From NCBI GenBank assembly GCA_977017575.1, contig CDRNVI010000065.1, forward strand, positions 186,001 through 250,000: 64,000 nucleotides of DNA, given 5' to 3'. The stretch comes from Paramoeba atlantica (lineage: Eukaryota; Protista; Discosea). This document shows positions 10,500 through 21,394 of this stretch, in pieces. Position 1 is the stretch's first letter, and every line of letters starts with the position of its first letter. The notes beneath the pieces are model-generated. The model worked only from the letters and a program-made list of their open reading frames with translations, searched no databases and had not been told where the DNA came from. Made by a program: the position numbers and the translations under genes.

Positions 10500-13260
10500 C
10501 AATAAATATGATATGTTAACCCCCCTAGGCCCACCGGAAGCCTACCCCCCCCCTGGTCCTACCCCCGAACCCCGCGGCGGTACCAGTCCTGTACCGCCGA
10601 CTGCACAATCTGGGCATTCCCTCTCTGGATGGCCACCCCGATGGCCATTAAGAGATGGGCGAGACACACATTCTTGTCCGATGAGTGGGCCCGGGCTACC
10701 TTGTTGAGGAAGGTCAAGGTTTCTGGGCCCGGGATCCCGTACGTGGAGAAGGCCAGAAGGTGGAATTCCATGCCCCTCACCAGCGCCATCTCCTCATGAG
10801 AGCGCCTTTTGTTGGCCTCAGCCATCCTGAGCGTGTGGGATGGCTCCGCGGCCTCTTTCTCCACGTACGACGGGGCCAGTGGGATCACAACTGTGACGTC
10901 AACCAGGACGATCTTCCGTCCCAGATGGAAACAGATGTCTGGCCCCCGTCCGTTGTCGAACCTCGGCTCGTGGAGGTCCGGGTTGAACCCATAATGGACC
11001 AAGAGGTTCCGAAACGTCTCTTTACTTTCCTTATGGCGGGAGGCCTGAGTTTTCCCCTTCACCTTCTTGCAGTCCAGTGCGTGTACGCAAAACTCCTCAT
11101 TGCTGAGGGTTGCACCGCACACGCACTGGAGCTCAGGCTCCGAGGTCGGGGTGACCAGGTACCGGAGGCGGGCCGCAGTCTTCCACTGCGGATCCGGCAT
11201 GTAGTACTCCGGCCTGTTCGGCAGGACACTCATCCACTTGGTGGAGTGCACATTCTGGATCTGTCGCATGCAGATCAGTTGGGTTGCCGTTGGGGCGTTC
11301 CCCAGGGCTGCCACACAAAGGTTGCGTCGTAGATCCTTGGCAGAAATTCCAGGTGCTATGCCATGAAGGGCGTTTTTCGCCTTAACCTGCATATCCTGGG
11401 CCTTGTGCTCGAAGGGGATGGTCCCCAGGAAATCAGCCGTAAAAAGGTTATTAGTAAGCGGCGTTTTCCACAGGGAATCCATCCCCCCGAGCAGGGCCTC
11501 GGCACATGCCATGACGGCCTTATCGACCTGGTCGTTGGCCCTTTTGGTTACCGGAGGCCCATGCGTCCTCACAATGAAGTTCCATCTGGGGCTTCCGCAG
11601 AGCCTCAGGAGGGGCAAGGCGCATTGCCTGCTGATCTCCTTCAATTTCTCGAGGAAGGCGATCATCTTGGGGGTCCTGGAAAGAACCCAATCCTCCTCCT
11701 TGTCCTCGGACTCCCCGATGTACGCCCCCAGGAGTTTTAACCCCCCTGGGGAATGTATCATCCGAGTCCCAGAGAACTCTGTGAAGAATTTTTCGTGCCT
11801 TGTGGCAACTTTACACTTGGCGGCGTTCAGCCGTAGTCCGAGGTTTTTTAACTCTTCGCTGAGGGCCTCCAGAGCTTCCGCGCATACCTTTGGTTCACCC
11901 GTGAAGGTGACGTCATCAAGGTATGCCCAGACCTTGAGTGCGCCTGTGAAGCCACTCGGGCGATCGCCCCCTGAATCCCAATGGCAAAGAGGATGGGGGC
12001 CATGGGGTCCCCTTGTTTTACCCCCCTTGAGCTCGTGATGGTCGCCCCTTCCCCTAGATGGAGGGAGCTTGTGGTCCCATAGCTGAATAGGGTTATGCCC
12101 TCTGTGGGGAGAAGCTTCGGGTCCCGCCTTACGGCCCGGAAGATGGCCGACCTCGAAATGCTATTGAAAGCATTTTCGAGGTCGGCTGCGACAACTACCT
12201 CCTTAGGCCTGTCCCTAAAGTGCTGTCGCACATTATATATTATGTGCTCGCACCCCTGGGTGTATTGGGCGCCGAATTGTATACCTTGGAAGTAGGTGGG
12301 GAGGTGGTCCCTGATTTTTTCTAAGGCAAGAAGGCCCGCCACCTTCAGAATGCACTCCCCCATGGCGATGGGACTGTAGGACGAGTGGTGTCCGGCCGGA
12401 GCGTCCGGCTTGGAGAAGAGTTTAAGGGACGCCCCAGTTAGGAGCTCCCTCATAGAGGGGGGGAGGGAGTTAGACATGATACCGTGGATCAGCCATGTGA
12501 CACAATCCCGGGGTCCGTCCTCCAGAAGGACTGAGACCAAGAGTTCTTTGGTCCCAGGTCGTGAGACCTGGGGCGCGGATGGGGGCCAGGCTTTGTGCCT
12601 TTCTGGCCACGTCGGCTGGGGAGGGAAGGGTGCCGTGCCTCTGCGCGTCATACTGGTATTTCCCCGCCGTATAGGGTCCCCCGGTGGGGTGCAGGCGCTT
12701 TGCTTGTTCGAGGGCCACCGTGGGGTTGGATGGTGGGTTGAGAGGCGCCTCAAGGGTGGCCGCGGCCCTCGAAAAACACGACGCCCTGCACAGCTCCTCC
12801 ACCCTCTTATTTATGGACCTGGGGGAATCGTTGGCCTGACTTGGAGATGGGGCCAAGGTCTCCGAATCTTCCAAATGGGCCCTCATTCGCAATTCGCGTG
12901 CCAGTTGGCGCTGCGAAAGCTTGTCCTCGGAGAGGTACAGAAAACGTTTGACAGCCAAGAGGAGGTTCCAAGCGATCTCCTCTTTCTCGTCAGCCGACTT
13001 GCTGAGGAAGCCAAAGCAGATGCCTGCGACATAGTCCCGCCATGCCAGGCATTGTATCGCGTGCAGTTTACGCAAAGATTTTTGCCCCAGCAGTTCTGCC
13101 AAGGCATCGGGGGAGGGTGAGTGGTCCCTTTCTTCGGTGTCAAATAGATGAAAGGGCAGAATAAGACTTACACTTGTACTACTTGTATACCCTTTTTACA
13201 TTCCACACATGCGTGTCCAACTTGCTAGTTACCCTACTTCAAATGTCCCCCCCCATAGGG
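10500..13260 (-). mobile_element. CRE-clade (RT plus restriction-like endonuclease) non-LTR retrotransposon, frameshifted
   Basis: Three ORF pieces (12470-13102, 11848-12753, 10559-11761) join across frameshifts at about 12555 and 11935. Motifs: RVEELCRASCFSRAAATL, LHP, PIAMGE, QFG, DLENAFNS, GVKQGDP, YLDD (11912-11923), CCHC finger CVCG...HALDC, RH, PD...D, AEANK, QRGNA. Confidence 0.9.
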
Positions 13261-14001
13261 AGGTTGACGTTGCTTATCCTCAAATTACCAAGTCCGAACT
13301 CCATAGAAGCTCACTGGAAGCGCCTGGATAGGAGTCACCCTCTTAGTATTTGAGCGAACATATTGATGTGTCGGAGGTTAAGCGCAAATAGAACACCCAG
13401 AAGGCTGGATTGTGACGCTATTTCAGTTTTTAGCGCTTTGTCCATGACGCATCGGAATTTCCAAGCTCCAAGAATTTTGATGCCCCCAATCTAGGAACTG
13501 AAAACCTTTCTCTCGCTGCAGTATGAAAGCTACGTGTACGTTCTGCACTTTATGCGTCAGACGCTGCCGGCAGTCTCGCGAACGAGACCATCCAACAGCC
13601 AGATGTGATAGTTATTCGTCATAAATCTCTCAAGACTAGTGAAAAATAAGTGAGTAAATAAAGGTGTAATGTATATTCTTGTAGTCCTCCTGAAGTAGTT
13701 GTAGACAAGGAGTAGAAATGCCGACCAAAACAAGGGACTAAGTTGGACATTGCGAAAACTACAATTTAACCTACGTACAGTTTAAAAAAATCGAGGGAAT
13801 TTTCCTCCCTAAAAATTCGCGACAGCTCTTTAGTCCAGTATTCTCAGCGCGCTTCATTTCGAATCCCTTAGAGCACCCAGCGTTTTCGTCCCTGTGCCTC
13901 GATATTTTAACGAAGGATAATATCGATGATATATCCAATAGAAAATCGGCTAGCAAAACAAACGTCTGGCTCCACTCGGACCACACACCAACCTCAATAC
14001 T

Positions 14002-15549
14002 TTAAATAAACCTTAGGATTCCACCAGAAAGCCCCGAGTCCGGACGTATTACCTTCAGTATCTGAAGAGCCGTGGGCAACGCCAGTGCAGCATGGGCTGC
14101 CATCTCCAGCCACTGCACCAGAGGAAACTGTGCGGGTTGACGACACAACGGACACTCCCTACTCGTCTCCAACCATTTCATAATCTCACTGTCATGAAAC
14201 GTGTGGCCACAGCGCAGGGTCAACACCTGCTCCCCTTCCCGAAACGGCGACAGGCATACGGAACATCCGCGATCCGCAACCTTGAGCTCGGCCTCCTCTC
14301 TGCGCCCCACCTCGTGTCCCTTCGCACACATCCGGAACAGTGTGTTTCGTCGGTGCACACGAAGTTGATAATCCTCCAGAAGCTGGAGAATACGCCGTGC
14401 CTTTCGTTTCGAAATCGTGTCCTCCGTACCGAAGAGCACGGGCACGGGAAGGGGTTCGTCCTCGGAGGCCTGGGCGTGGAGGGCTACGAAATTCCGTAAC
14501 CCCTCCCGGACTTGGGTCATCTCCTCGGTGTTGAGCCGATGGAGCGCGGCCATGAATTCCTCCTGCTCACGCAACGCGTGGGGGATCACGCGGTACTGGA
14601 GAAACGACAGCTGTTGGAGGGCAGGGAGGCGTAGCAGAATGGTCCAGAGCATGTAGGCCGCGTGGTAACCTAAGTAGGCGATCTCGTGGGCGCGGTCGTA
14701 CACAAAGGTGGGGGGGAACGACCCCGTGGGGGGAGGGGAGGCGTTCAGGGTACGCTGGGCCCACTGGGCGCCAAGAGAGAGGGCGAGGTAGTAGACATGG
14801 GCCTCCGCGTACATGATGGAGATTGTGGAGAGGCAGATGGCGAACGGGACGCGGTAGTAAAGGGAGTGGAAGAGGAGCATGACGTGCTGTGCGGCGAGTT
14901 GTGGGGCCTCGGAGGCTATTTCTACGGAAACAATTTGTTGTGGAGTGAGGGAGGCGTGGTACTGACGGAGTGCGGATTCCGTCTCACTGGGAGCTCGACC
15001 TGGCAGAAATTGGGTTACCCACCTCCAGTTACAAACACAGGACTCAAACCAGTAGCGGTAGTTGTCATCTAAGTACGAGAACAGATGAAGAAATGTGGGA
15101 AGACCGATCACAGCACGCGCGGAGATCGAACCGCTAGATGTCGAGGGTGGTAAATCCGTTGAGGTGAGTAACGGCAGAAGAGGAGGAAATGTACGAATAC
15201 GAATTCCCATACCTCTGTGATGCGGAACAGCATTCGAAAGGTATTCACACAGCCAGGGCTGAAGGAAACGAAATAATGCGTAGCTCGAAGAACAAAGCAA
15301 CAGGCTTGCGAGTCCGTAGTAAGGCGTAAACAATTTCAGCAATGGATGCGCAAGTGTCCCTCTCGGACACAATGTTCTAATTAGGTGTGAAAAGAGAATT
15401 CCTGGAAACAGGCGGTTGCAGAGTGCTGCAAGCAAGCGATAGCATACGTGTTTCAGTATGTTCAAAGGTAGAGTTCGTAGCAACCAGTGCCTACATGCCC
15501 GAACGAGAATCTGACGAGACGATCCACAGAGTGCAACATACCCCTCCAT
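14002..15549 (-). CDS. Membrane-associated RING-H2 E3 ubiquitin ligase-like protein
   Basis: C-terminal CSVC-x14-CGHTFHDSE-x10-CPLC with hydrophobic N-terminal and central segments; start codon uncertain. Confidence 0.8.
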   Translation of the reverse strand: MEGYVALCGSSRQILVRACRHWLLRTLPLNILKHVCYRLLAALCNRLFPGILFSHLIRTLCPRGTLAHPLLKLFTPYYGLASLLLCSSSYALFRFLQPWLCEYLSNAVPHHRGMGIRIRTFPPLLPLLTSTDLPPSTSSGSISARAVIGLPTFLHLFSYLDDNYRYWFESCVCNWRWVTQFLPGRAPSETESALRQYHASLTPQQIVSVEIASEAPQLAAQHVMLLFHSLYYRVPFAICLSTISIMYAEAHVYYLALSLGAQWAQRTLNASPPPTGSFPPTFVYDRAHEIAYLGYHAAYMLWTILLRLPALQQLSFLQYRVIPHALREQEEFMAALHRLNTEEMTQVREGLRNFVALHAQASEDEPLPVPVLFGTEDTISKRKARRILQLLEDYQLRVHRRNTLFRMCAKGHEVGRREEAELKVADRGCSVCLSPFREGEQVLTLRCGHTFHDSEIMKWLETSRECPLCRQPAQFPLVQWLEMAAHAALALPTALQILKVIRPDSGLSGGILRFI

Positions 15550-15945
15550 TCACTATAAAGAAACGAAATAAAAGTCACCCTCAAAAAAGACAACCTTTCT
15601 TATATCAGCGCAAACTCATAAATTACATTAATGGTGAATACAAGGTAAGCAAAAGCAGAATTACCCTGGATCTCAGGACTGTAAATTTGGCAAAAAATAT
15701 CAGGCATCCTCATACTTCTCTCTGTATTTCCATACAGTATGACGAATATGGTATGTTCCTACAACATACGTGTGTTCTGCTAAACGTACTCCGAATCTCG
15801 AACACAAAGAAAAGCAGGCCCAAGACTTCTTTTCAGTTCAGTTTATTCTACGTAGTGTGCGAGGCATTACTAAAGAAAATCGAATCGTTCTGATTCAATG
15901 CGTAAATTACGCAGCGTAATCCTTTTCGCTTCAAAGAGTTGATAA

Positions 15946-17490
15946 TCAATGAACAGGTAATAGAGAATGAACCCGAACAGAACCGTTTTTACTACCACTG
16001 TATAGCTTTAATTTTGTATGATTGTTGCCCACTTTGGATATCATATCTTCAGCGTCTGAAAAGCGAAGGGTGGTTGTGCCATTCGAATCAGATAAAAGTA
16101 TATTTTCTTCCATGGTTTTCGCGGCGACAAGATAACTTTGCTCCTCTGTTCCTATGGCCAAAAAGAGCCCACTGCTGTCAAAAGAAAGAGAAGAAGGAAC
16201 ACTAGGTACTGTAGTATTACACGTCACACTTGTTGGGGTTCTTCGTAAATCCCACAGCATAACATCACCAGATCGAGCTGCAGTTGCTGCTTGGTATCCG
16301 TTCTGTGAAAACGTCAAAGCAGCAAGATTCGACGCGCTCGAATCATTCCCAAGTTTGCCTATTAACGCATTTTTTGAACCCCCCTTGCCTAAAAGTCGAA
16401 GATCATAGAGTTGCGCGACGGGAGAGTCTGGCACAACGCCAAGAACAACGCCATCTGGATGAGCACACAAACTAACCTTGGATGGATTTTCTACTACTGG
16501 AAAACGAATAAATGTTTCTTGAGTTTCAATCTGTGTCGCGGCCACAAAGCCTGTTGCATCACCTGTCAAGACAACCGTTCCATAACCGTGGGCACTCGGG
16601 CATAGCACAAGACCTGTTACCGGCTCTTTACTAATGGTGAACTGCCTAACAGGGTCCATTTTGTTATCAGCCCTCATTACAGAAAGGTCCCAGAGACACA
16701 CTGGCCCTCCCGAGCCGGCGGTAGCAAAAGTATCGGATCCCGGGATTGGGTAATGTGCGACACAATTTAGCGAGGTCACCAAGCTAGAGAATTGAGTTTT
16801 TTGAATGAGTTCTTCCTTTTCATTGACGTAAGATACAGTAATTATTCCATCACAAGAACCGGAAAACACGCCATCAGAACCAATGGGTAATACAGCAGCA
16901 ATGGCTGCCTCACCGACTTTTACCTTGGTGACATTGGAAAAATTTCTTAGCAGCGACAAAGCCGGCTTTCGTATTGGCCGAGTTCTACGCGCTGCAGAAA
17001 GAGTCGAGAAACGTTCATCAATATTTCGAACAAAGGTATTGAGTTCCTCCACATTTCGTGTAGTTTCAGAGCTCGCCTTTGACTGGTCCAACGTGGATAG
17101 TCCTGTGGCTATCTCGCCCTCTATCTGCCCTTCAGACAGCCGAGTAATGACTCGAAGGGAAGCTTCGAGTTGATGTTTGGTCTTACAGAGCTCGATTTTG
17201 CAATTGTCGAGCTCTTGACGTATATGATGATGATCAACAAGAAATAAATCCCACTCACGACTTAAAGCGGAAAGGAGATCTGGTATGGATCCCTGAGTAG
17301 AAACAGGCGTGTAGGGCGACGAACTTAGGTGAAGAGATAGTACATCATTAGCGGACATGGCTTGGCCTGTCACGGGACAAGTGCCCTTTGTAGACAAATA
17401 ATTTTCCAAATTTTTACGGTCATAGATATGACCCGTTGTCTTGGATGCGACGGGTTCGGTCGCAAGAGCCCCGGTAAGGTGGCACAGCAT
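15946..17490 (-). CDS. PRP19: Pre-mRNA processing factor 19 (U-box, coiled coil, WD40)
   Basis: N-terminal U-box (CHLTG..EPVASKTTGHIYDRKNLENYL...CPVTG), SIPDLLSALSREWD coiled coil, WD40 repeats. Confidence 0.93.
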   Translation of the reverse strand: MLCHLTGALATEPVASKTTGHIYDRKNLENYLSTKGTCPVTGQAMSANDVLSLHLSSSPYTPVSTQGSIPDLLSALSREWDLFLVDHHHIRQELDNCKIELCKTKHQLEASLRVITRLSEGQIEGEIATGLSTLDQSKASSETTRNVEELNTFVRNIDERFSTLSAARRTRPIRKPALSLLRNFSNVTKVKVGEAAIAAVLPIGSDGVFSGSCDGIITVSYVNEKEELIQKTQFSSLVTSLNCVAHYPIPGSDTFATAGSGGPVCLWDLSVMRADNKMDPVRQFTISKEPVTGLVLCPSAHGYGTVVLTGDATGFVAATQIETQETFIRFPVVENPSKVSLCAHPDGVVLGVVPDSPVAQLYDLRLLGKGGSKNALIGKLGNDSSASNLAALTFSQNGYQAATAARSGDVMLWDLRRTPTSVTCNTTVPSVPSSLSFDSSGLFLAIGTEEQSYLVAAKTMEENILLSDSNGTTTLRFSDAEDMISKVGNNHTKLKLYSGSKNGSVRVHSLLPVH

Positions 17491-17637
17491 TAGCTTTTGA
17501 AGTAGAAAAATTCGTCTGAAACCTAAGAATATAGAGTGGTTAGTACAATCATAGTATAGTTAGTATGACTATTTTTCTTATCTAAACTCCTTTCACACAG
17601 CAAAAGAATAAATCTAAAGAACAGGTATAGTAGTTTT

Positions 17638-17711
17638 TCAGTCTCTTTCGGTAAGCATATTCGTTTTCGTATCATGCATCTATCAAAAGCGGAACTAGGT
17701 TGCATCATCAT
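17638..17711 (-). ncRNA. Candidate box C/D snoRNA, copy 1
   Basis: 74 nt from ATGATGA (box C) to CTGA (box D), with internal TTGA (D') and ATGATAC (C'); same strand as the gene cluster. Confidence 0.45.
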
Positions 17712-18155
17712 GCAAGTACATATACAGGTACTAGTATATCACATGATCAGTAGTATATTACATGATCTTGATGCGATGTGAGTAATTTGAGCGAACTCTT
17801 TTTTGATGTACTCGGAGGACCGTCCCGGACCCTCCCCTCAGGGAACCAGCTCCCTTATCCGGATTACAGGTGGATAAGCCGTGTTGAAGTACAAATCGTC
17901 GACGCAGCGACAGCATGTTGGTGGTAGCACGTGGGTGGTAACAGCACGTTGGTGCCGACTTGGACAAGCGGAAACTGGTAGAGGATGCCGGCCTCGGAAC
18001 TTCCAAATCTGTCTGTGAAGGGCCTGTCTTGCCAGTGACCGTCCTGAGCAATCTGGAATGATTTGGATATGATCTTGATGCGATGTGAGTAATTTGAACA
18101 AAATCTTTTTTGATGAAGCAAATGAATAAATTTAAAGAACAGGTACAGGAGTTTT

Positions 18156-18229
18156 TCAGTCTCTTTCGGTAAGCATATTTGTTTTCGTATCATGAATCTA
18201 TCAAAAGCGGAACTAGGTTGCATCATCAT
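18156..18229 (-). ncRNA. Candidate box C/D snoRNA, copy 2
   Basis: Same 74-nt core with boxes C, D', C' and D intact. Confidence 0.45.
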
Positions 18230-18339
18230 GCAAGTATATACAGGTAAATCACATGATCTTGATGCGATGTGAGCATTTTGAGCAAACTCTTTTTTGATGA
18301 AGTAAATGAATGAATTTAAAGAACAGGTACAGGAGTTTT

Positions 18340-18413
18340 TCAGTCTCTTTCGGTAAGCATATTTGTTTTCGTATCATGCATTTATCAATAGCGGAACTAG
18401 GTTGCGTCATCAT
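18340..18413 (-). ncRNA. Candidate box C/D snoRNA, copy 3
   Basis: Same 74-nt core with all boxes intact despite substitutions elsewhere. Confidence 0.45.
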
Positions 18414-18511
18414 GCGAGTATTCACAATTGTATCACATGTTGTTGACGCTATGTGAATACAAATTATTTTTTGATGAAACAAATTACTAAATCTAAAGAA
18501 AAGAGGGTTTT

Positions 18512-18582
18512 TTAGTCTCCTTCGGTAAGTGTTGTTTTCGTATCATGCATTTATCAATAACGGAACTAGGTTGCGTCATCAC
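18512..18582 (-). ncRNA. Degenerate candidate C/D snoRNA, copy 4
   Basis: Box C is GTGATGA, D' and C' are kept, box D is mutated to CTAA, and there is a small deletion. Confidence 0.25.
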
Positions 18583-18818
18583 GCGAATATATTACATGTT
18601 GATGCGATCCTTTTCATAACTACTTACAATTTTTATCGCGGATAAACAAAACAAGAAATAATTATACTAATTATACTACACATAAATATAAGGTTGGATA
18701 ATTCGTAATTCCAACTATATACACAATTCAAATTAATAACGCAAAGCTTACATTTCACCCCCGTTCTCCAACAACTTGTTCATACGTTTTAACTCCGAAC
18801 ACATTTTTTGGCTATGTA

Positions 18819-18910
18819 GCACCTTCGATAAATATTCATCGAAAGTGCGGCACCTTCAATGACCGTTCATCGAAAGTGCGGCACCTTCGATGAATCATTC
18901 ATCGAAGGGT
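18819..18910. repeat. Three tandem 31-bp palindromic units
   Basis: GCACCTTC(G/A)AT(G/A)A-loop-TTCATCGAAAGTGCG starting at 18819, 18850 and 18881; each unit is a near-perfect hairpin. Confidence 0.85.
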
Positions 18911-19676
18911 TTAGAGGTGCTTTTTCGAAAAAAGAAGACGACAAAAATCGAAAAACATTCCACCCCCCAAAAAATTTCGTCCAAAAACATTCAGGTCTCT
19001 ATATGAGTACGCGTGTTATTTTCTATCCTACGACGCCTAATTTACGTGTCTGGAGGCTAAACCCAACTGTGAGCTTAGCCCCCGTTTGGGAGCAAGGCCC
19101 AACTGTGAGCTAGCCCTTGTGTGAGTTCTTATGATATCAACATTGCACGTCAAACTGATTTTGCTGCGTAAAGTTACAACTAGTATACAACTAGTACATG
19201 ACACCGCATATCAAATTTGACAACCAATTGTGACATGTTTCGACAAGTCGTAAGGGGGTCATGATTCCTTCACACAAACTTGATCATTTGTGTGACAAGG
19301 TACTTACGGTTACTTACTACTACTAAAGACATAGTCTACAGTGGTGGGCAACGACATGTACCCCCCTACAGATCTTGTATTTTCTCCGATTTTGGACATA
19401 TTTGGTGTGCCACCGTTTTTCGACCCAATCGTTCCGAATCCGAGGTCCTTTCACACCCTGGATTCAATTTGTAGTAATTGGTGTAGTAAATTACTACATT
19501 TGAATTGAACATTACTACATCTTTTGCCGTAGTATGATGTGACTTATAAATCCCTCGACACGATAAGGCACCCCTCTAAAATCAGTAGGTTAAGTCCGTT
19601 TGAGCTAATTCTTGTGGTCTAATTCTTTGCAGATCTCAGTAAATAGACTTTGCGCACCTTGTAAACTTATCATGGG

Positions 19677-21394
19677 GTGAATAACGTCTTGCATCCATGC
19701 CGTCACTCGTGCAAGAGCAAAAGTACGTGCGGACACCTCTGTTGTAAAAGAGGTATTCAATCTTCGCATGTGGACATTCCAGTCTCCGCGACTTCTACAA
19801 ACGAAAACCCACAAACCGAACCATGTAACATAATATCACTGGAGAGTGTCTACACAACTCTAGGACGCGGTCCGAGGCCGTCAACACAACCCCTACCTGG
19901 TACAATCCCAGCGGCCCCATCTTCCGAGGGAACCGAAATAAATGGGACCGACACCAACAAGAATTCCACAACACCAAACCTCAACGACAACGACAGTGAC
20001 TTTCTACGAAAGGCTGCCAATTTGGCTGGCTGGGCCGTGAGCAATGTCATAATTTTTTACCGTATTCCTGCCAGTAGTGCTAGCGAAAACGGGCCAACAA
20101 ACGGGGGCCAACATACTGCGCCAATTGTGGATACGACGAATGGTGATAACAAAGATAGCGCTAAGTATGTGTCACCCTCTGGCGCGACTCCTAGCGAAAA
20201 CGGGCCAACAAACGGGGGCCAACATACTGCGCCAATTGTGGGTGCGACGAATGGTGACAACAAAGATAGCGCTAGTTATGTGCCACCCTCTGGCGCAACT
20301 CCTAAAAATGCAACACTTCACTCACTGAACACCGCACGAGTAGAACCATGCCGTCACCGATGCTCCGCCAAGTTATGCTGTCTGCATAACTGTTGCAAAA
20401 TATATGGACCGCTCAGGTGCAATGAACCCCTCGTCCGACCTTCTCCTCTCCCCCCTGTTTCGCACACTGCGGAAGATCGAGTTCCATCGTGGGATGAAAC
20501 AAACGAAAACCAACGCCTTCGTCTGCTTGAACAACACAAATCCATAGCAGGAGGGAAAATGTGTCTAAAGCTTAACGACGACCAATGGAAAGCCGTCGAA
20601 AATAAGGTATACGATACATGCCGAAGACTACTAAACCCTGTTCCGGGTTATTGTGCCTAGAGCTACTTATTGTGCAGGGGGGGCACAATAAGTGGAAACA
20701 ACCACTGTTATTGTGCCCCCCACTCCAAAATATGGCGCCGCCAGTCGGTGCCGTAATTTTTTGGTTGTTTTTTATTCCCATTTTCTCGAAAATAACGTAG
20801 TTTGTTCAACAACGCATCCCTTAAATAGAACTTATTCTGCACATGAACGTGCTTGTCCATAAAAAAGGCGCCGCGAAGCGGCGCCAATTTTTTTTAACCC
20901 TTTTTTTGGTTTTCCAATATTTAGTTATTGTGCCTAGAGCCAGTTATTATGCCTAGAGCCAGTTATTGTGCAGGGGGGGGCACAATAACCCGGAACAGGG
21001 TTTATATCCCATAGTAGACACCCCGGAAATCGCCGTCAAAAACGCAGAACTCTTGGGGGCCTCTATGGCTGTGGCGGCCTATGAAATTGCACATGAAATA
21101 AATCCCACTAAGGGTTTCCTCACACGATCGAATCGCGTACACGCCCGATTTAAGCACCGACCTCTTTCCTCTGAAAATGCAGCTCATTTTGGGTTGCATT
21201 CTGCAAAAAAAACGCGTATGGTGAAGCACTCGTACAAATTGACTGAAAAAAAGTCATCCCTCTCGGGGAGTAGTACCCCGAACGTGTTCCTTCTGGATCT
21301 CCCAAATTTCGCTAAGTCTTTCCCGTTGAAGATGCACTGGGTGCGGGTGGGTGCGGCTGGGGATATTTATACTCTTAAAAAGCATTTTTTTTAA
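19677..21394 (+). pseudogene. Cargo ORF with two C-x-H-x-C-x2-K-x2-C-x-H-x-CCK motifs, split by a MITE
   Basis: Removing 20634-21004 fuses ...CRRLL to YPIVDTPE... in frame (448 aa). Contains a 111-bp/37-aa internal duplication (20080-20301). Confidence 0.7.
20634..21002. mobile_element. TA-flanked MITE
   Basis: Perfect 25-bp inverted termini including TA (TAAACCCTGTTCCGGGTTATTGTGC at 20632-20656 and 20980-21004); internal TTATTGTGC repeats. Confidence 0.9.

Larger units (their letters stand above)
17590..18610. repeat. Tandem array of a 170-185 bp unit (4 copies) with a ~260-bp GC-richer insert
   Basis: Marker CGGAACTAGGTTGC at about 17690, 18208, 18392 and 18561. Insert at about 17810-18068 is flanked by a ~45-bp direct repeat. 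Confidence 0.9.

Noticed and set aside
13538-13553. Spliced-leader-like GTTCTGCACTTTATG near the CRE 5' end
   Set aside because: Short gapped match on the strand opposite the element, with no AACTAA start or splice donor.
17523-18482. Repeated minus-strand ORFs MMMQPSSAFDR...
   Set aside because: The repeat period (184 or 170 bp) does not preserve frame and the ORFs end at different points; better explained as a non-coding repeat or snoRNA.
18819-18910. CRISPR array interpretation of the palindromic 31-bp repeats (also the 27-bp array at 32823)
   Set aside because: There are no unique spacers, no cas genes, and the context is eukaryotic.
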